Assembly (NCBI GenBank): GCA_030153785.1
Contig: JASKLF010000010.1
Span: 1-64,000, forward strand
Direction: 5' to 3'
Length of the DNA stretch: 64,000 nucleotides
Origin: a bacterium
GTDB lineage: Bacteria; Synergistota; GBS-1
The notes under the pieces are model-generated. The model ran no database searches, was not told the DNA's origin, and was given only the letters and a program-made list of their open reading frames with translations. Position 1 is the first letter of the stretch. The number at the start of each line of letters is the position of its first letter. Below are positions 1 to 8,922 of this stretch, one piece after another. Made by a program: the position numbers and the translations under genes.

Positions 1-392
1 TAGGAGAAAGAGAGAGTTTTATCTTTCCTGCTTTCTTTCGTGTGCGGATAAGTCGGAAGGACACTTTGAAGGAGTTTGAAACAGCCATCAAAATGGCTCA
101 CCATATAAATCTGAAAACTCATAAGCGCAACAAAGAGAGCAAGAAGAATCTTCCATGTAATGCTACTCTTTAAAAGCTTGGGCAACGGCCTCATAAAGGA
201 TAGCTTCGAAACTATGATATCGTAAAAACTGCCTCTTGGACAGTTTATCGCACACCACCTTTTCCTTTTACCGAGAACAACCATGGTTATCAGATACCCA
301 AGGACAGCTACACCTATCAACGGATAAAAAACTCCCAACACCATCATCGCAAGGTAAAGCAAAACTCCCGCTATCCTAACAGCTTTCGTCAA
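1..392 (-). CDS. Membrane-bound 4Fe-4S-binding (polyferredoxin-like) protein, runs to the window edge, possibly truncated
   Basis: Not in the ORF track. Manual translation from TTG at 392 (SD GGAGGTG upstream): MTKAVRIAGVLLYLAMMVLGVFYPLIGVAVLGYLITMVVLGKRKRWCAINCPRGSFYD..., with hydrophobic helices and a WCxxxCPxG motif. Confidence 0.6.
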   Translation of the reverse strand, partial: MTKAVRIAGVLLYLAMMVLGVFYPLIGVAVLGYLITMVVLGKRKRWCAINCPRGSFYDIIVSKLSFMRPLPKLLKSSITWKILLALFVALMSFQIYMVSHFDGCFKLLQSVLPTYPHTKESRKDKTLSFS

Positions 393-472
393 GGCAGGTC
401 ACCTCCCAAAGTTATGCTCCAAGTTAAACTAAAAGTTAAGTTCATCCAAAACCTCTTTTAAACTGACTTTAA

Positions 473-501
473 ATAATACAAAGATGGGGTCAAAATGTCA
501 A
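473..501 (-). promoter_or_regulatory. Sigma70-type promoter for the Fe-S membrane gene
   Basis: Minus strand TTGACA-N17-TATTAT. Confidence 0.55.
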
Positions 502-519
502 GAGGGAAGCGTTTTTTCC

Positions 520-1068
520 TCAGCTACCTTTATGCTCGCTTAAAAGCTTGGACAAAACTTTCTCATGAACTTCAAGAGCTTTGTTACTGTAAAGAACGAA
601 CCGAATCCTTTTCACATATTTTAGCGAAGGTATCATCTCTAAAAGGGTCTTGAAGGCTATTTCGGCAGCTTCTTCCATAGGATAACCAAAGGCTCCTGTG
701 GAAATAGCAGGAAAGGCGATGGAATCTATTTTATGCTCCTCAGCGAGAAGCAAAGCGTTACGATAACACCTTGCCAAAAGCTCAGCCTCCGGTTTGTCAA
801 CCCCATAAACTGGACCTAAACAATGAATAACGTAGCGATTAGGGAGTTTATGTCCTCCCGTGATTACCGCTTCTCCAGGCTTTATGGGAGCCAACGCCTT
901 ACACTCCTCATAAAGACCCGGACCGGCCTTTCGATGGATAGCTCCCGCAACTCCACCACCAGGCCTAAGGTAAGCATTTGCAGCGTTAACGATCGCCGTA
1001 AAACCTTCCTGAGAAGCTATATCCCCTTTAACGCATTCAATTGTTACTCCAGAGACTTCAACCTTTAT
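520..1068 (-). CDS. Macrodomain protein (O-acetyl-ADP-ribose deacetylase/YmdB-like), apparent ATA start
   Basis: Frame is open upstream of the track start (894): IKVEVSGVTIECVKGDIASQEGFTAIVNAANAYLRPGGGVAGAIHRKAGP...AFPAISTGAFGYP carries the complete macro motifs. SD AGGTGA lies 6 nt before ATA at 1068. Confidence 0.85.
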   Translation of the reverse strand: MKVEVSGVTIECVKGDIASQEGFTAIVNAANAYLRPGGGVAGAIHRKAGPGLYEECKALAPIKPGEAVITGGHKLPNRYVIHCLGPVYGVDKPEAELLARCYRNALLLAEEHKIDSIAFPAISTGAFGYPMEEAAEIAFKTLLEMIPSLKYVKRIRFVLYSNKALEVHEKVLSKLLSEHKGS

Positions 1069-1166
1069 AACACATCACCTCTCGCAATCCCCTTTAATAA
1101 TTAGGGGTTTTCCCCAAAAGATTATATAAACGGTTTTAATCGTTAAAGAGCCCCTACCGTTTTCAA

Positions 1167-2324
1167 TTATTCGATGGTAAGTAACCCCCATCCAAGAGGC
1201 TTCCGTATCCCGCCATCGTCCCAGAGAAGGCGAGTAACAGGAAATGGCTTAGATTTTTTATTTTTCCCAGATTTTTTATCTTTTACAATCCCCAGTTGAA
1301 ATACATCCCTCATCCTTTCAAACTCTTCGGGACTAAAAACCATGTCTATGGTCTTTCCGAAAAAGGTGGTTCCCTTACCCAAAAGTATTAAAGCAGAGTT
1401 TCCTTTGCCATTTATATACCTTTCAAGCTCATCATAAATTTTATTATAAATTTTAGTTCCATGATTTCCCCTTTCATGCTTGATGAAGTCTTTAGCAAAT
1501 TCATTAAGCAACTCGAATATCTTTAGAATGGCATCCCTTTCGTATCCCTTTAAAAACTCCCAAAAATCCGAAGCTAAATTGTAAAGCGGACTTTTTCCTT
1601 TAAAAAGCCTTATATCAAGCTCTACCTCTTTGCCCTCATCCAAACACTCAAGAAACATGGGAGGTTCACTTTTTTCTCTCTTGAGATGAAACGAATAACA
1701 CTGAAATATTTTGAAATCATCCTGGGCTAAGGGTTCGCTATCTCTGACCCTCAAAAGCTTTAAAAAGTCGTCCTTGGCATCATACTTTTCCGAACTTGTA
1801 AATCTGGCCGAAAACGTTTTAAATTGCAAACCTGCGTTCTGATAAGCAAATTTAGGATTCTTTCTCTCATGCCTTACAGCATTCAACACATCGGCGGTTT
1901 TTAATTTCTTTCGCTTAAAATAACAATAAGCTACAGCCGTTCTTATAGCCCCCTTAACGCTACTTCCAGGTATATATTTACCCAAAGCGGAGGATACAAA
2001 CCTTTCAATTTTGACATCTCTATTTTTTCCTGAAGCTGACTTAAAATAAATTTTACCCTTTATAAGACCGCGAACATCATCCTTAGTTATTATTCCATCA
2101 TTTTTAAGGTCATTAATAAAATCTCCTACATTCTTCCCTTCCTTAATGGACTTGACATAATCATCGACTAACCCTTCGTTCTTAGATAAAAGCTCAAAGA
2201 GCTTAAGCTGGTCTATCACATATATATAGTTATCCTTTACAACGTAATCAACTTTTGGGTAAAAAGCGTACTCCTTTCCACCACCTATAAATATTGGGGT
2301 TAAAGACCTAAGTTTAACCCTCAA
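1167..2324 (-). CDS. csm5: Type III-A RAMP protein Csm5
   Basis: LTPIFIGGG, YIPGSSVKGAIRTA, LGKGTTFFGKT, C-terminal PLGW; last gene of the csm operon. Confidence 0.9.
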   Translation of the reverse strand: MRVKLRSLTPIFIGGGKEYAFYPKVDYVVKDNYIYVIDQLKLFELLSKNEGLVDDYVKSIKEGKNVGDFINDLKNDGIITKDDVRGLIKGKIYFKSASGKNRDVKIERFVSSALGKYIPGSSVKGAIRTAVAYCYFKRKKLKTADVLNAVRHERKNPKFAYQNAGLQFKTFSARFTSSEKYDAKDDFLKLLRVRDSEPLAQDDFKIFQCYSFHLKREKSEPPMFLECLDEGKEVELDIRLFKGKSPLYNLASDFWEFLKGYERDAILKIFELLNEFAKDFIKHERGNHGTKIYNKIYDELERYINGKGNSALILLGKGTTFFGKTIDMVFSPEEFERMRDVFQLGIVKDKKSGKNKKSKPFPVTRLLWDDGGIRKPLGWGLLTIE

Positions 2325-3310
2325 TTTACATCACCTACCGGAACGAGAAACGACTTTCCATTTCTAAAAATCCGAATATCTCCGGACTTCTCCTCAAAAA
2401 GCCTTCCTTTAACCTCACCCTTGTAAAAGGATCCTTCAGAAAGCATCATCACCCTTGACTTTTTAATGCTCCTTCCCCCTCCCATATAAACAAATCCGTC
2501 ATCCTTAACCAAAGAAAAGTAACATACATTGTCAATCTCATCCCTTAAAGGATAGACACGGGAAAGTCCCACATAGCCTACCACACTTTTAACCTGAGGA
2601 AAGATATTTCTCTCTTCTATCTCAAGCCTATTGAAAATCCCCATTCCCTCGCTTCTTCCCCCGCCAAGCCCTTCATCAGCGATGAACTTAACAACACTAA
2701 TCAGCTTCTCCTTCCAATATTCAGAAAGCTCACAGATAAAGTAAAATCCCAACGGATATGCGACCAATATTTCATTCGTAAAGAAAAGGTTTGAAGAGTA
2801 ATCTAATCTATCTATGGAAGCGTGAGGACGCTCCAGCTTAGCAAAAGGGAAAACCTTTTTAAGCTCCTCTTTTACAATACCGGGGACATAAAAAATATCC
2901 TCCCAAATTCCATCGATGGAAAAGTCATACCCATGATAAAAAGCCTTCTCCGATTCATCATAAACGATGCTCCTCCCTAACTCAAAAAACGCATCAAAAG
3001 ACAGCCACTTCACCTTTTTCACCTTTTTGACTTCTGAACTTCTACCTTCAGCTTCCCTCTTCCGTCCATAAGGAAGGATTGGGCGCGGTAAAAATAGTAT
3101 ATCCTCGCCCCCCCACCTTAATAAGGGGAACAAGGAAGATATCTTTATCTCATCCTCAGAAACAGCTTTAGCAAAGTTACAAAGTTCCTCTTCCCCGTAT
3201 AACTCCACCATTCCATTTGATAACGCTCCGAATAACGATGAAGAGCCAAAACACAGGTCTTTCCATAATAGGGTGGTTTTCTCCTTCGGGAAAAGCTTAA
3301 AAACCATCAT
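2321..3310 (-). CDS. csm4: Type III-A RAMP protein Csm4 (Cas5 group)
   Basis: SSLFGAL, ISSLFP, RPHASIDR, DEGLGGGRSEGMG, EGS; position in operon. Confidence 0.9.
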   Translation of the reverse strand: MMVFKLFPKEKTTLLWKDLCFGSSSLFGALSNGMVELYGEEELCNFAKAVSEDEIKISSLFPLLRWGGEDILFLPRPILPYGRKREAEGRSSEVKKVKKVKWLSFDAFFELGRSIVYDESEKAFYHGYDFSIDGIWEDIFYVPGIVKEELKKVFPFAKLERPHASIDRLDYSSNLFFTNEILVAYPLGFYFICELSEYWKEKLISVVKFIADEGLGGGRSEGMGIFNRLEIEERNIFPQVKSVVGYVGLSRVYPLRDEIDNVCYFSLVKDDGFVYMGGGRSIKKSRVMMLSEGSFYKGEVKGRLFEEKSGDIRIFRNGKSFLVPVGDVN

Positions 3311-4179
3311 TTTCCTTCGCCCTTCTCCTCATTAACCCTTTCGCGAACCCAATTCACAATCTTCGCATCCTCCAACTCTGAAAGGCCCTTAAAGGAGTCT
3401 TTGTATCTTTCTTCGCTCTTTTCCCCCTCGTAAAAGGAACGCCCCCTAAAGGCAATACTTATATCCATAAAGCTGATAACCCCATGCCCCCTTGAGCCAT
3501 GTCCACCAAGATAATCATCTTCAAGAAGCCTCATACCGGTTATAAGAGTCTTTAAAAGGTCGGCATCCTTTTCACTCAAAAGCTTCACGCTCATTGAAAA
3601 GTTAAAACGGGCTCCCGCAGGAACCCTCTCTACCTGTCGCGGGTTAGCCACCGAGGTAAGCCTATCAATAGCATTTTCATATTTAACTTCACTATACTCT
3701 AATTCAAGAAGCTCAGCACTTTCAAATTTTTCCTTAAAATGCTCCTCATCTAAAAAAGCATCTTTAACCAAAAGGCGCGTAGGATTCAAGGGAAACTTAT
3801 TCTTATTTGCAGGAACACCGAAAAGCTTACAAATATCGCATTTACCACAGGCACAAGGCTTACCTTCAAATTCAATATTCTTATTATTTTTAACCTGCTC
3901 CGAGTATTTTCCCCAAAACTTACTTAAATTTTCAAAAGTATAATCACCTAATTTATAATCCCCTTTTCCATCCTTGAGCTCCAGCAAAGCCCTCATTTTA
4001 CCCTTTAAAGATGAACCCGGTATATATGGAACGCCAAAGGGATCTTTAACTACGGGAAGGTCAACACCACCAACCTCAAGCACTTCCTTGGAACCACCGA
4101 TATGAAGTCCCGTTTTAGCCTCTATTTTGCCCTCTATAATAACTCTCCCCATAAACCTTGGGAAAGTCATCATATACAC
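3307..4179 (-). CDS. csm3: Type III-A backbone RNase Csm3 (Cas7 group)
   Basis: TGLHIGG...GGVD (catalytic Asp position), PYIPGSSLKGKMR, ENAIDR, NPRQVERVPAG, DYLGGHGSRGHG. Confidence 0.95.
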   Translation of the reverse strand: MYMMTFPRFMGRVIIEGKIEAKTGLHIGGSKEVLEVGGVDLPVVKDPFGVPYIPGSSLKGKMRALLELKDGKGDYKLGDYTFENLSKFWGKYSEQVKNNKNIEFEGKPCACGKCDICKLFGVPANKNKFPLNPTRLLVKDAFLDEEHFKEKFESAELLELEYSEVKYENAIDRLTSVANPRQVERVPAGARFNFSMSVKLLSEKDADLLKTLITGMRLLEDDYLGGHGSRGHGVISFMDISIAFRGRSFYEGEKSEERYKDSFKGLSELEDAKIVNWVRERVNEEKGEGK

Positions 4180-4184
4180 ACCCC

Positions 4185-4580
4185 CTATCCTTTATAAACC
4201 TTTTTATAACAAACAAACATCTTCATAAACTCTTTAAAATCCCTTAGGTCTTTCTCCTCCTTAACTTTCTTAATAATAGAATCTAAAAAGTCAGTTAACG
4301 AACTTATATCGTTTCTCGCTCCAACATAAGCCAATAAGGGTCTTAAGGACACTAACTCTTTGGGGGCCTTTTTCTTCCTGACGCTCGAGTAGATATTTCG
4401 TACCTGAGTAAAAGTGGCCTTATCTTTTCTAGCAAACTCCTTTACTTTTTCATAAAATTCGTTTAGCTTATCTGTATTAAGCTCGCTCAGTCTAAGGACA
4501 TTTTCCGCTATCTCCTCTTTTAACTTTTTTAACTCCTCCATGTTATTATTAGTCGTTTTCCTCCCCTGCATTCTATCCAT
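4185..4580 (-). CDS. csm2: Type III-A small subunit Csm2 (Cas11)
   Basis: Small helical protein with TQVRNIY, LAYVGAR and F..FVCYKK; lies between cas10 and csm3; likely start ATG at 4580 after GGAGG. Confidence 0.85.
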   Translation of the reverse strand: MDRMQGRKTTNNNMEELKKLKEEIAENVLRLSELNTDKLNEFYEKVKEFARKDKATFTQVRNIYSSVRKKKAPKELVSLRPLLAYVGARNDISSLTDFLDSIIKKVKEEKDLRDFKEFMKMFVCYKKVYKG

Positions 4581-4582
4581 GC

Positions 4583-6925
4583 CTACCGCACCTCCCTTGT
4601 CGAAAGATATGCAAGGCATGAGGCAATATACAATATGGCCGGATTCCTAACCTCAACAGGAATCCCCCCTATCTTAACCTTCCCTTTAAAGGGAAGCCTT
4701 TCGTATAAACCAACAAGATAATCCCTAAAATCTTTGTCCTTCATATTTCTCAGAGCATAAACGAAAAGCCATGGTCTCGGAAATCTAAAGCTCTCACCTG
4801 TTTCTCTAATCTCCCTTGCAAAGGCGATTACCCTGAAAAGAGAGGCTCTTGCTTCAGAAAGCTCGGCTTTCTTGAAATTCCCCTTAAGCTCCTCCCACAG
4901 CTTCAAAACCGCCTCATATTCCTTCTTTGTAAAAACCTCTCCCCAAATAGCAACGCCGTTTTTCTCTACGTATTTACTTTTGGCACGGTGAAGCTCCTCC
5001 TCTACCGTTTCCGCAGCTCTACTAACCGGGTAGTGGGGTTTAGCAAGAAATATGCCTACAGAAAAGGTTATATTAGGGTTCGAAGCAACATATCTTCTGA
5101 AAGCCTCCTCTATAACTTTGGCAATCTCAAGAGCCCTATTCCATGGAGATATTATTAAAGCGTCGTCTCCTCCTGCAAAAACGAGATAATCCGTATCGGA
5201 AATTATCTTCCGAGGGACATACCTTTCAAAGAACAGAGCAAGCATCCTGCTTAAAGCAGCGACTCTTGAAATGGAATAATTTTCCCCCAAGCCCTCTTTG
5301 AAAAGCCTTCCCAAGCTGTCCACATCCAGCTTTACATACCCTAAAAGGTCATCTCCTTCGCTCCTCTTCGATAACTCCTCAAATGTCTCCTTAGGCTTTT
5401 TAAGTAAAGCATTTTCAAGGTAAATCCGTTTTCTCCTATCGTCATCTTCTAATCTGAAAGCCTCTATGGAGTAACCAAAAGCCTTGAACAATGAAAAACA
5501 ATCCTCAATTTCCGTTTCAGGCCCGGGTTCAATTTCCTTGAAACCAATATAATTTTTATCGCCAAATCGCTGTGATAGCTCTATAAAGGAATTACACATC
5601 TTGCATATCTTCTGAGTAGCCGGGGGCTCATCGTAGTCTAAAAGTAACCTTCTTTCATTTTCCCCACATATGACACAATGTTCCTCATAGGAAGCTAACT
5701 CCCCAGGCGAACCAAAGAGAAGCTCGTATCCACCTTCTATTTCAAAAACTTCCTTAAACTTTGCCATCTTAACCTTAGAAAGCTTTTCCTGAAGAAGCTC
5801 AACGGCTTTAGCAAAGTTCTCCTCATGCTTCATGAAGAAATACTTATAAAAAAGAGGAATCCAAGCCAAGCTTATATAAACCTTCCCTTTTAAAGCTTTC
5901 AGTAGGTTCTTAGATATCTCCCTTTTAATCTCTTCAAGCTTATTCTCAGCAGAGCGAGGAGCTAAAATCCAAAAAGTTCCACCACCGATGTAAAGTGTAT
6001 TGACGAGCCTTAAGTCAAGTTTTCTAATTATATATCTCGCCACAACTTCCATTAACAAGGACAAAAACAAGGACCTTCCCTTTAAACTTTTTGCCGCTCC
6101 CTTAGAAGGTATATCGAAAATAAAACTCTGAATTCCTGAAAGGTCTCCTCCCACAAGCAAAAAGTCAGCTTCCTCCCCAATTCTGCCATTCCCACCCCTT
6201 AATAAGAATTCCCTAACATCTCTCAAGCGACCTTTCCAGAAATCCTCTCCATAACTTTCTTTCGCTCTTATCTCATGCCAGTAAGCAACTGCTATAGCAG
6301 CTGTAACCCTTGAATGGTCATACAAAGAAATATCTGGTGTAGCTTTTTCAACCTGTGAAGGAACACACCATAGATATCTCTCAAGTAGAGCTAAAAGATC
6401 TTCCTCGGTTTCTATCGCTTTCAGGTCGGATTCGAAACCCTCCTCAAGCTTATCGTAGCTATATTCCTCCTTCTCCCGGGGGAAAACAATATCTTCCTCT
6501 ATGCAAAGTTTTTCAAGGGGATAATACTTCCCTTCTCCCCCGTCGAAAACTTGGCTAAAGACGCTTAGCAAAGGCTCCTTATAGTAATACCCACTTCCTT
6601 TTTCTGCGTCACCCCTCCTTTCACCTGCAGAAAGATAGTCTGAGGTCTGAAGAACTTCTTCCCAGAAGCTTTCAGGCGCGTGATGTCGCAACAACAGCTT
6701 CTCGAGCCCTTCAAAATCCTTTTCTGAAAAATTAAGCCTTTTAAAAAGAGGTATCCCCCCTTTAACGTTATTGAACCACCAATGAGAATACTTAGGGTGA
6801 GCCCAACCGGTATCTGCATCCCTATACTCTTCCTTTTGGGATATTTGCGAATACTTTTTAGTTCGCTCTATGAACTTCCCAATATCGTGCAATAAAGCTC
6901 CCAGATAAAAAACATTCAACTCCAT
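4583..6925 (-). CDS. cas10: Cas10/Csm1 with HD nuclease and intact Palm cyclase
   Basis: LLHDIGK HD domain, PDISLYDH, GGDLSGIQSFIF, CxxC...CxxC, KLDVDSLG, FAGGDD. Confidence 0.96.
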   Translation of the reverse strand: MELNVFYLGALLHDIGKFIERTKKYSQISQKEEYRDADTGWAHPKYSHWWFNNVKGGIPLFKRLNFSEKDFEGLEKLLLRHHAPESFWEEVLQTSDYLSAGERRGDAEKGSGYYYKEPLLSVFSQVFDGGEGKYYPLEKLCIEEDIVFPREKEEYSYDKLEEGFESDLKAIETEEDLLALLERYLWCVPSQVEKATPDISLYDHSRVTAAIAVAYWHEIRAKESYGEDFWKGRLRDVREFLLRGGNGRIGEEADFLLVGGDLSGIQSFIFDIPSKGAAKSLKGRSLFLSLLMEVVARYIIRKLDLRLVNTLYIGGGTFWILAPRSAENKLEEIKREISKNLLKALKGKVYISLAWIPLFYKYFFMKHEENFAKAVELLQEKLSKVKMAKFKEVFEIEGGYELLFGSPGELASYEEHCVICGENERRLLLDYDEPPATQKICKMCNSFIELSQRFGDKNYIGFKEIEPGPETEIEDCFSLFKAFGYSIEAFRLEDDDRRKRIYLENALLKKPKETFEELSKRSEGDDLLGYVKLDVDSLGRLFKEGLGENYSISRVAALSRMLALFFERYVPRKIISDTDYLVFAGGDDALIISPWNRALEIAKVIEEAFRRYVASNPNITFSVGIFLAKPHYPVSRAAETVEEELHRAKSKYVEKNGVAIWGEVFTKKEYEAVLKLWEELKGNFKKAELSEARASLFRVIAFAREIRETGESFRFPRPWLFVYALRNMKDKDFRDYLVGLYERLPFKGKVKIGGIPVEVRNPAILYIASCLAYLSTREVR

Positions 6926-6947
6926 CTAAAATCAACTCCTTAACAAC

Positions 6948-7007
6948 TTGCTATGATAAAAAAAACCTGCTACCATAAACGATAGCATAAATGCCTTATT
7001 CTGTCAA
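6948..7007. promoter_or_regulatory. Overlapping divergent promoters for the csm operon (-) and the oxidoreductase (+)
   Basis: Minus: TTGACA(7007-7002)-N17-TATCGT with TGn extension. Plus: TTGCTA(6948-6953)-N17-TACCAT with TGn extension. Confidence 0.45.
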
Positions 7008-7029
7008 CAAGGAAAAGGAGGAATTGAAT

Positions 7030-8922
7030 ATGAAATTAAAAGGAGTCTGTTTTGCAGATTGTTGGGACGCATGTGCAATTGAATTCGAAAAAAATAGGGC
7101 AATAACCCTAAAACCAGACCCCCTAAATCCCTATACGCGAAACTTCCTATGCCAAAGAATATACAGGTTTCTTAAAGACAAAGAAAGCGAAAGAAGAATC
7201 CTGTTCCCACTCATAAGGGAAAAGGGTGAATTTAAAAAGGCTTCATGGAAAGAGGTTTTAGATTTAATAGCAGAAAAGCTTAGAGATCTTAAAAGGGAAG
7301 GGAAAGAAGATTCCATAGTTTTAGGAGTCAATACGGGAAATGCTGGATTATTACAAAGGCTTTCTGCCGTAAGATTTTTCTCTACATACGGCAAAATAAC
7401 TCTAATGGAAGGCAACTTATGTGACGATGCTGGAAACTTTGCTCACGAACTCGATTTCGGAGCCTGCTTCAATTATCCCCCGGAAAGTATTCTGGAAAGC
7501 AAAACGGCAATAATTTGGGGTAGAAACCCCGCAAGAACGAATATACACTTTATCCCCTTTATAGAAGAAGCGAGAAAAAGAGGAACATTTATCTACCTTA
7601 TCGACCCTATAAAAACAGAAACAGCAAATTTCGTAAGCAAACACATATCGGTTAAACCGGGAAGCGATATATACTTAGCAATGGCCATAGCAAAGGTTAT
7701 CCTTGAAAATAAATGGGAAGATAAAGAATTTATAAAAAGCAAGACCAGGGGTTTTGAAACCTTCAAAAGGCTTTTAGATAATTGGGGATTAAGAGAGCTC
7801 TCTGAGAAATGCGATGTTGCTTTAGAAGACATACAGGAACTGGCAAAAAGGTTATCCTTTGAAAAGCCTGTTTCTATATGGCAAGGCATGGGAGCACAAC
7901 ACTATTCTCATGGAACATCCACTTTCAGAGTAATAAATGCTTTATCAGCGATCACGGGAAACCTGGGAATTAAGGGAGGAGGTGTCTCTTTTTCACACTA
8001 TAGCACCACATCCTTCGATATGAACTGGACAAAAGGCAAACATGAATTCAATACCATCCCTAAGGCAAGTGTGGCTTCAGCATTTAAAAGGAAAACGCCC
8101 GAAGTTTTATGGATTCAAAGCTTTAACCTCTTCAATCAAACCCAGAATACGGGAGAACTAAAAGAGTTAGCTAAAAAGATTCCCTTGAAAGTGGTTATAG
8201 ACTTCAGATGGAATGAAACTACCGAGTTAGCCGATGTTATTCTCCCCTGCGCCACATATTTAGAAAAAGAAGATATAAGGGGGTCGTTCTGGAGCCCAGT
8301 AATAGGTTATCTACCCAAAATCTTTGAACCAAAGGGCGAAGCAATGGATGAATGGAGCATATACAAAGAACTATCAAAGAGATTGGGTTTTGAAAGGGAA
8401 TTTGGAAATCTGGAAGAAGCCATGGACGAGGCCTTCTCAAAATTGAAGCCCTTTGGCATTACCCCAGCCCTTCTTAAAGAAAAGGGGTGGATCATATCTC
8501 CGCTATTCCCAAAGATTCCTTTTGAAAACGGAAGTTTTCTAACGAGCGATAAAAAATTCCGCTTCGCGGAAGAGTTAAAGTTCCCGAAGGAAAACATTTC
8601 AGAGGAATATCCCTTTACCCTTATATCTCCCAAATCTTTAACCAGAACGAACTCCCAAAGACCCATAGAAAGGGAAATTAAGCTTGTAACCTGTTTAATA
8701 AACCCTATATGGAAGGAGAAATATCCCTTCGAAGAAGCTCTTTTGGTTTCCCCAAAAGGAAGCTTAAAAGTAAAACTCGTGTACTCTCCTAAAGTAAGAC
8801 CTGATGTCTTATCAATAGACCAAGGCGATACCGGAATAAACGACCTTTGCGAAGAACGATTAGCGGAAGATGGAAGGGGAGCTTCCTTTTTCGAAACAAG
8901 GGTGAGAATAGAATCAGTCTGA
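7030..8922 (+). CDS. Molybdopterin-dependent oxidoreductase (Mo/W-bisPGD family)
   Basis: N-terminal CxxxCxxxC...C Fe-S motif, WGRNP, IDPIKTETA, PGSD, ETTELADVILP; ATG at 7030 follows GGAGG. Confidence 0.85.
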   Translation: MKLKGVCFADCWDACAIEFEKNRAITLKPDPLNPYTRNFLCQRIYRFLKDKESERRILFPLIREKGEFKKASWKEVLDLIAEKLRDLKREGKEDSIVLGVNTGNAGLLQRLSAVRFFSTYGKITLMEGNLCDDAGNFAHELDFGACFNYPPESILESKTAIIWGRNPARTNIHFIPFIEEARKRGTFIYLIDPIKTETANFVSKHISVKPGSDIYLAMAIAKVILENKWEDKEFIKSKTRGFETFKRLLDNWGLRELSEKCDVALEDIQELAKRLSFEKPVSIWQGMGAQHYSHGTSTFRVINALSAITGNLGIKGGGVSFSHYSTTSFDMNWTKGKHEFNTIPKASVASAFKRKTPEVLWIQSFNLFNQTQNTGELKELAKKIPLKVVIDFRWNETTELADVILPCATYLEKEDIRGSFWSPVIGYLPKIFEPKGEAMDEWSIYKELSKRLGFEREFGNLEEAMDEAFSKLKPFGITPALLKEKGWIISPLFPKIPFENGSFLTSDKKFRFAEELKFPKENISEEYPFTLISPKSLTRTNSQRPIEREIKLVTCLINPIWKEKYPFEEALLVSPKGSLKVKLVYSPKVRPDVLSIDQGDTGINDLCEERLAEDGRGASFFETRVRIESV

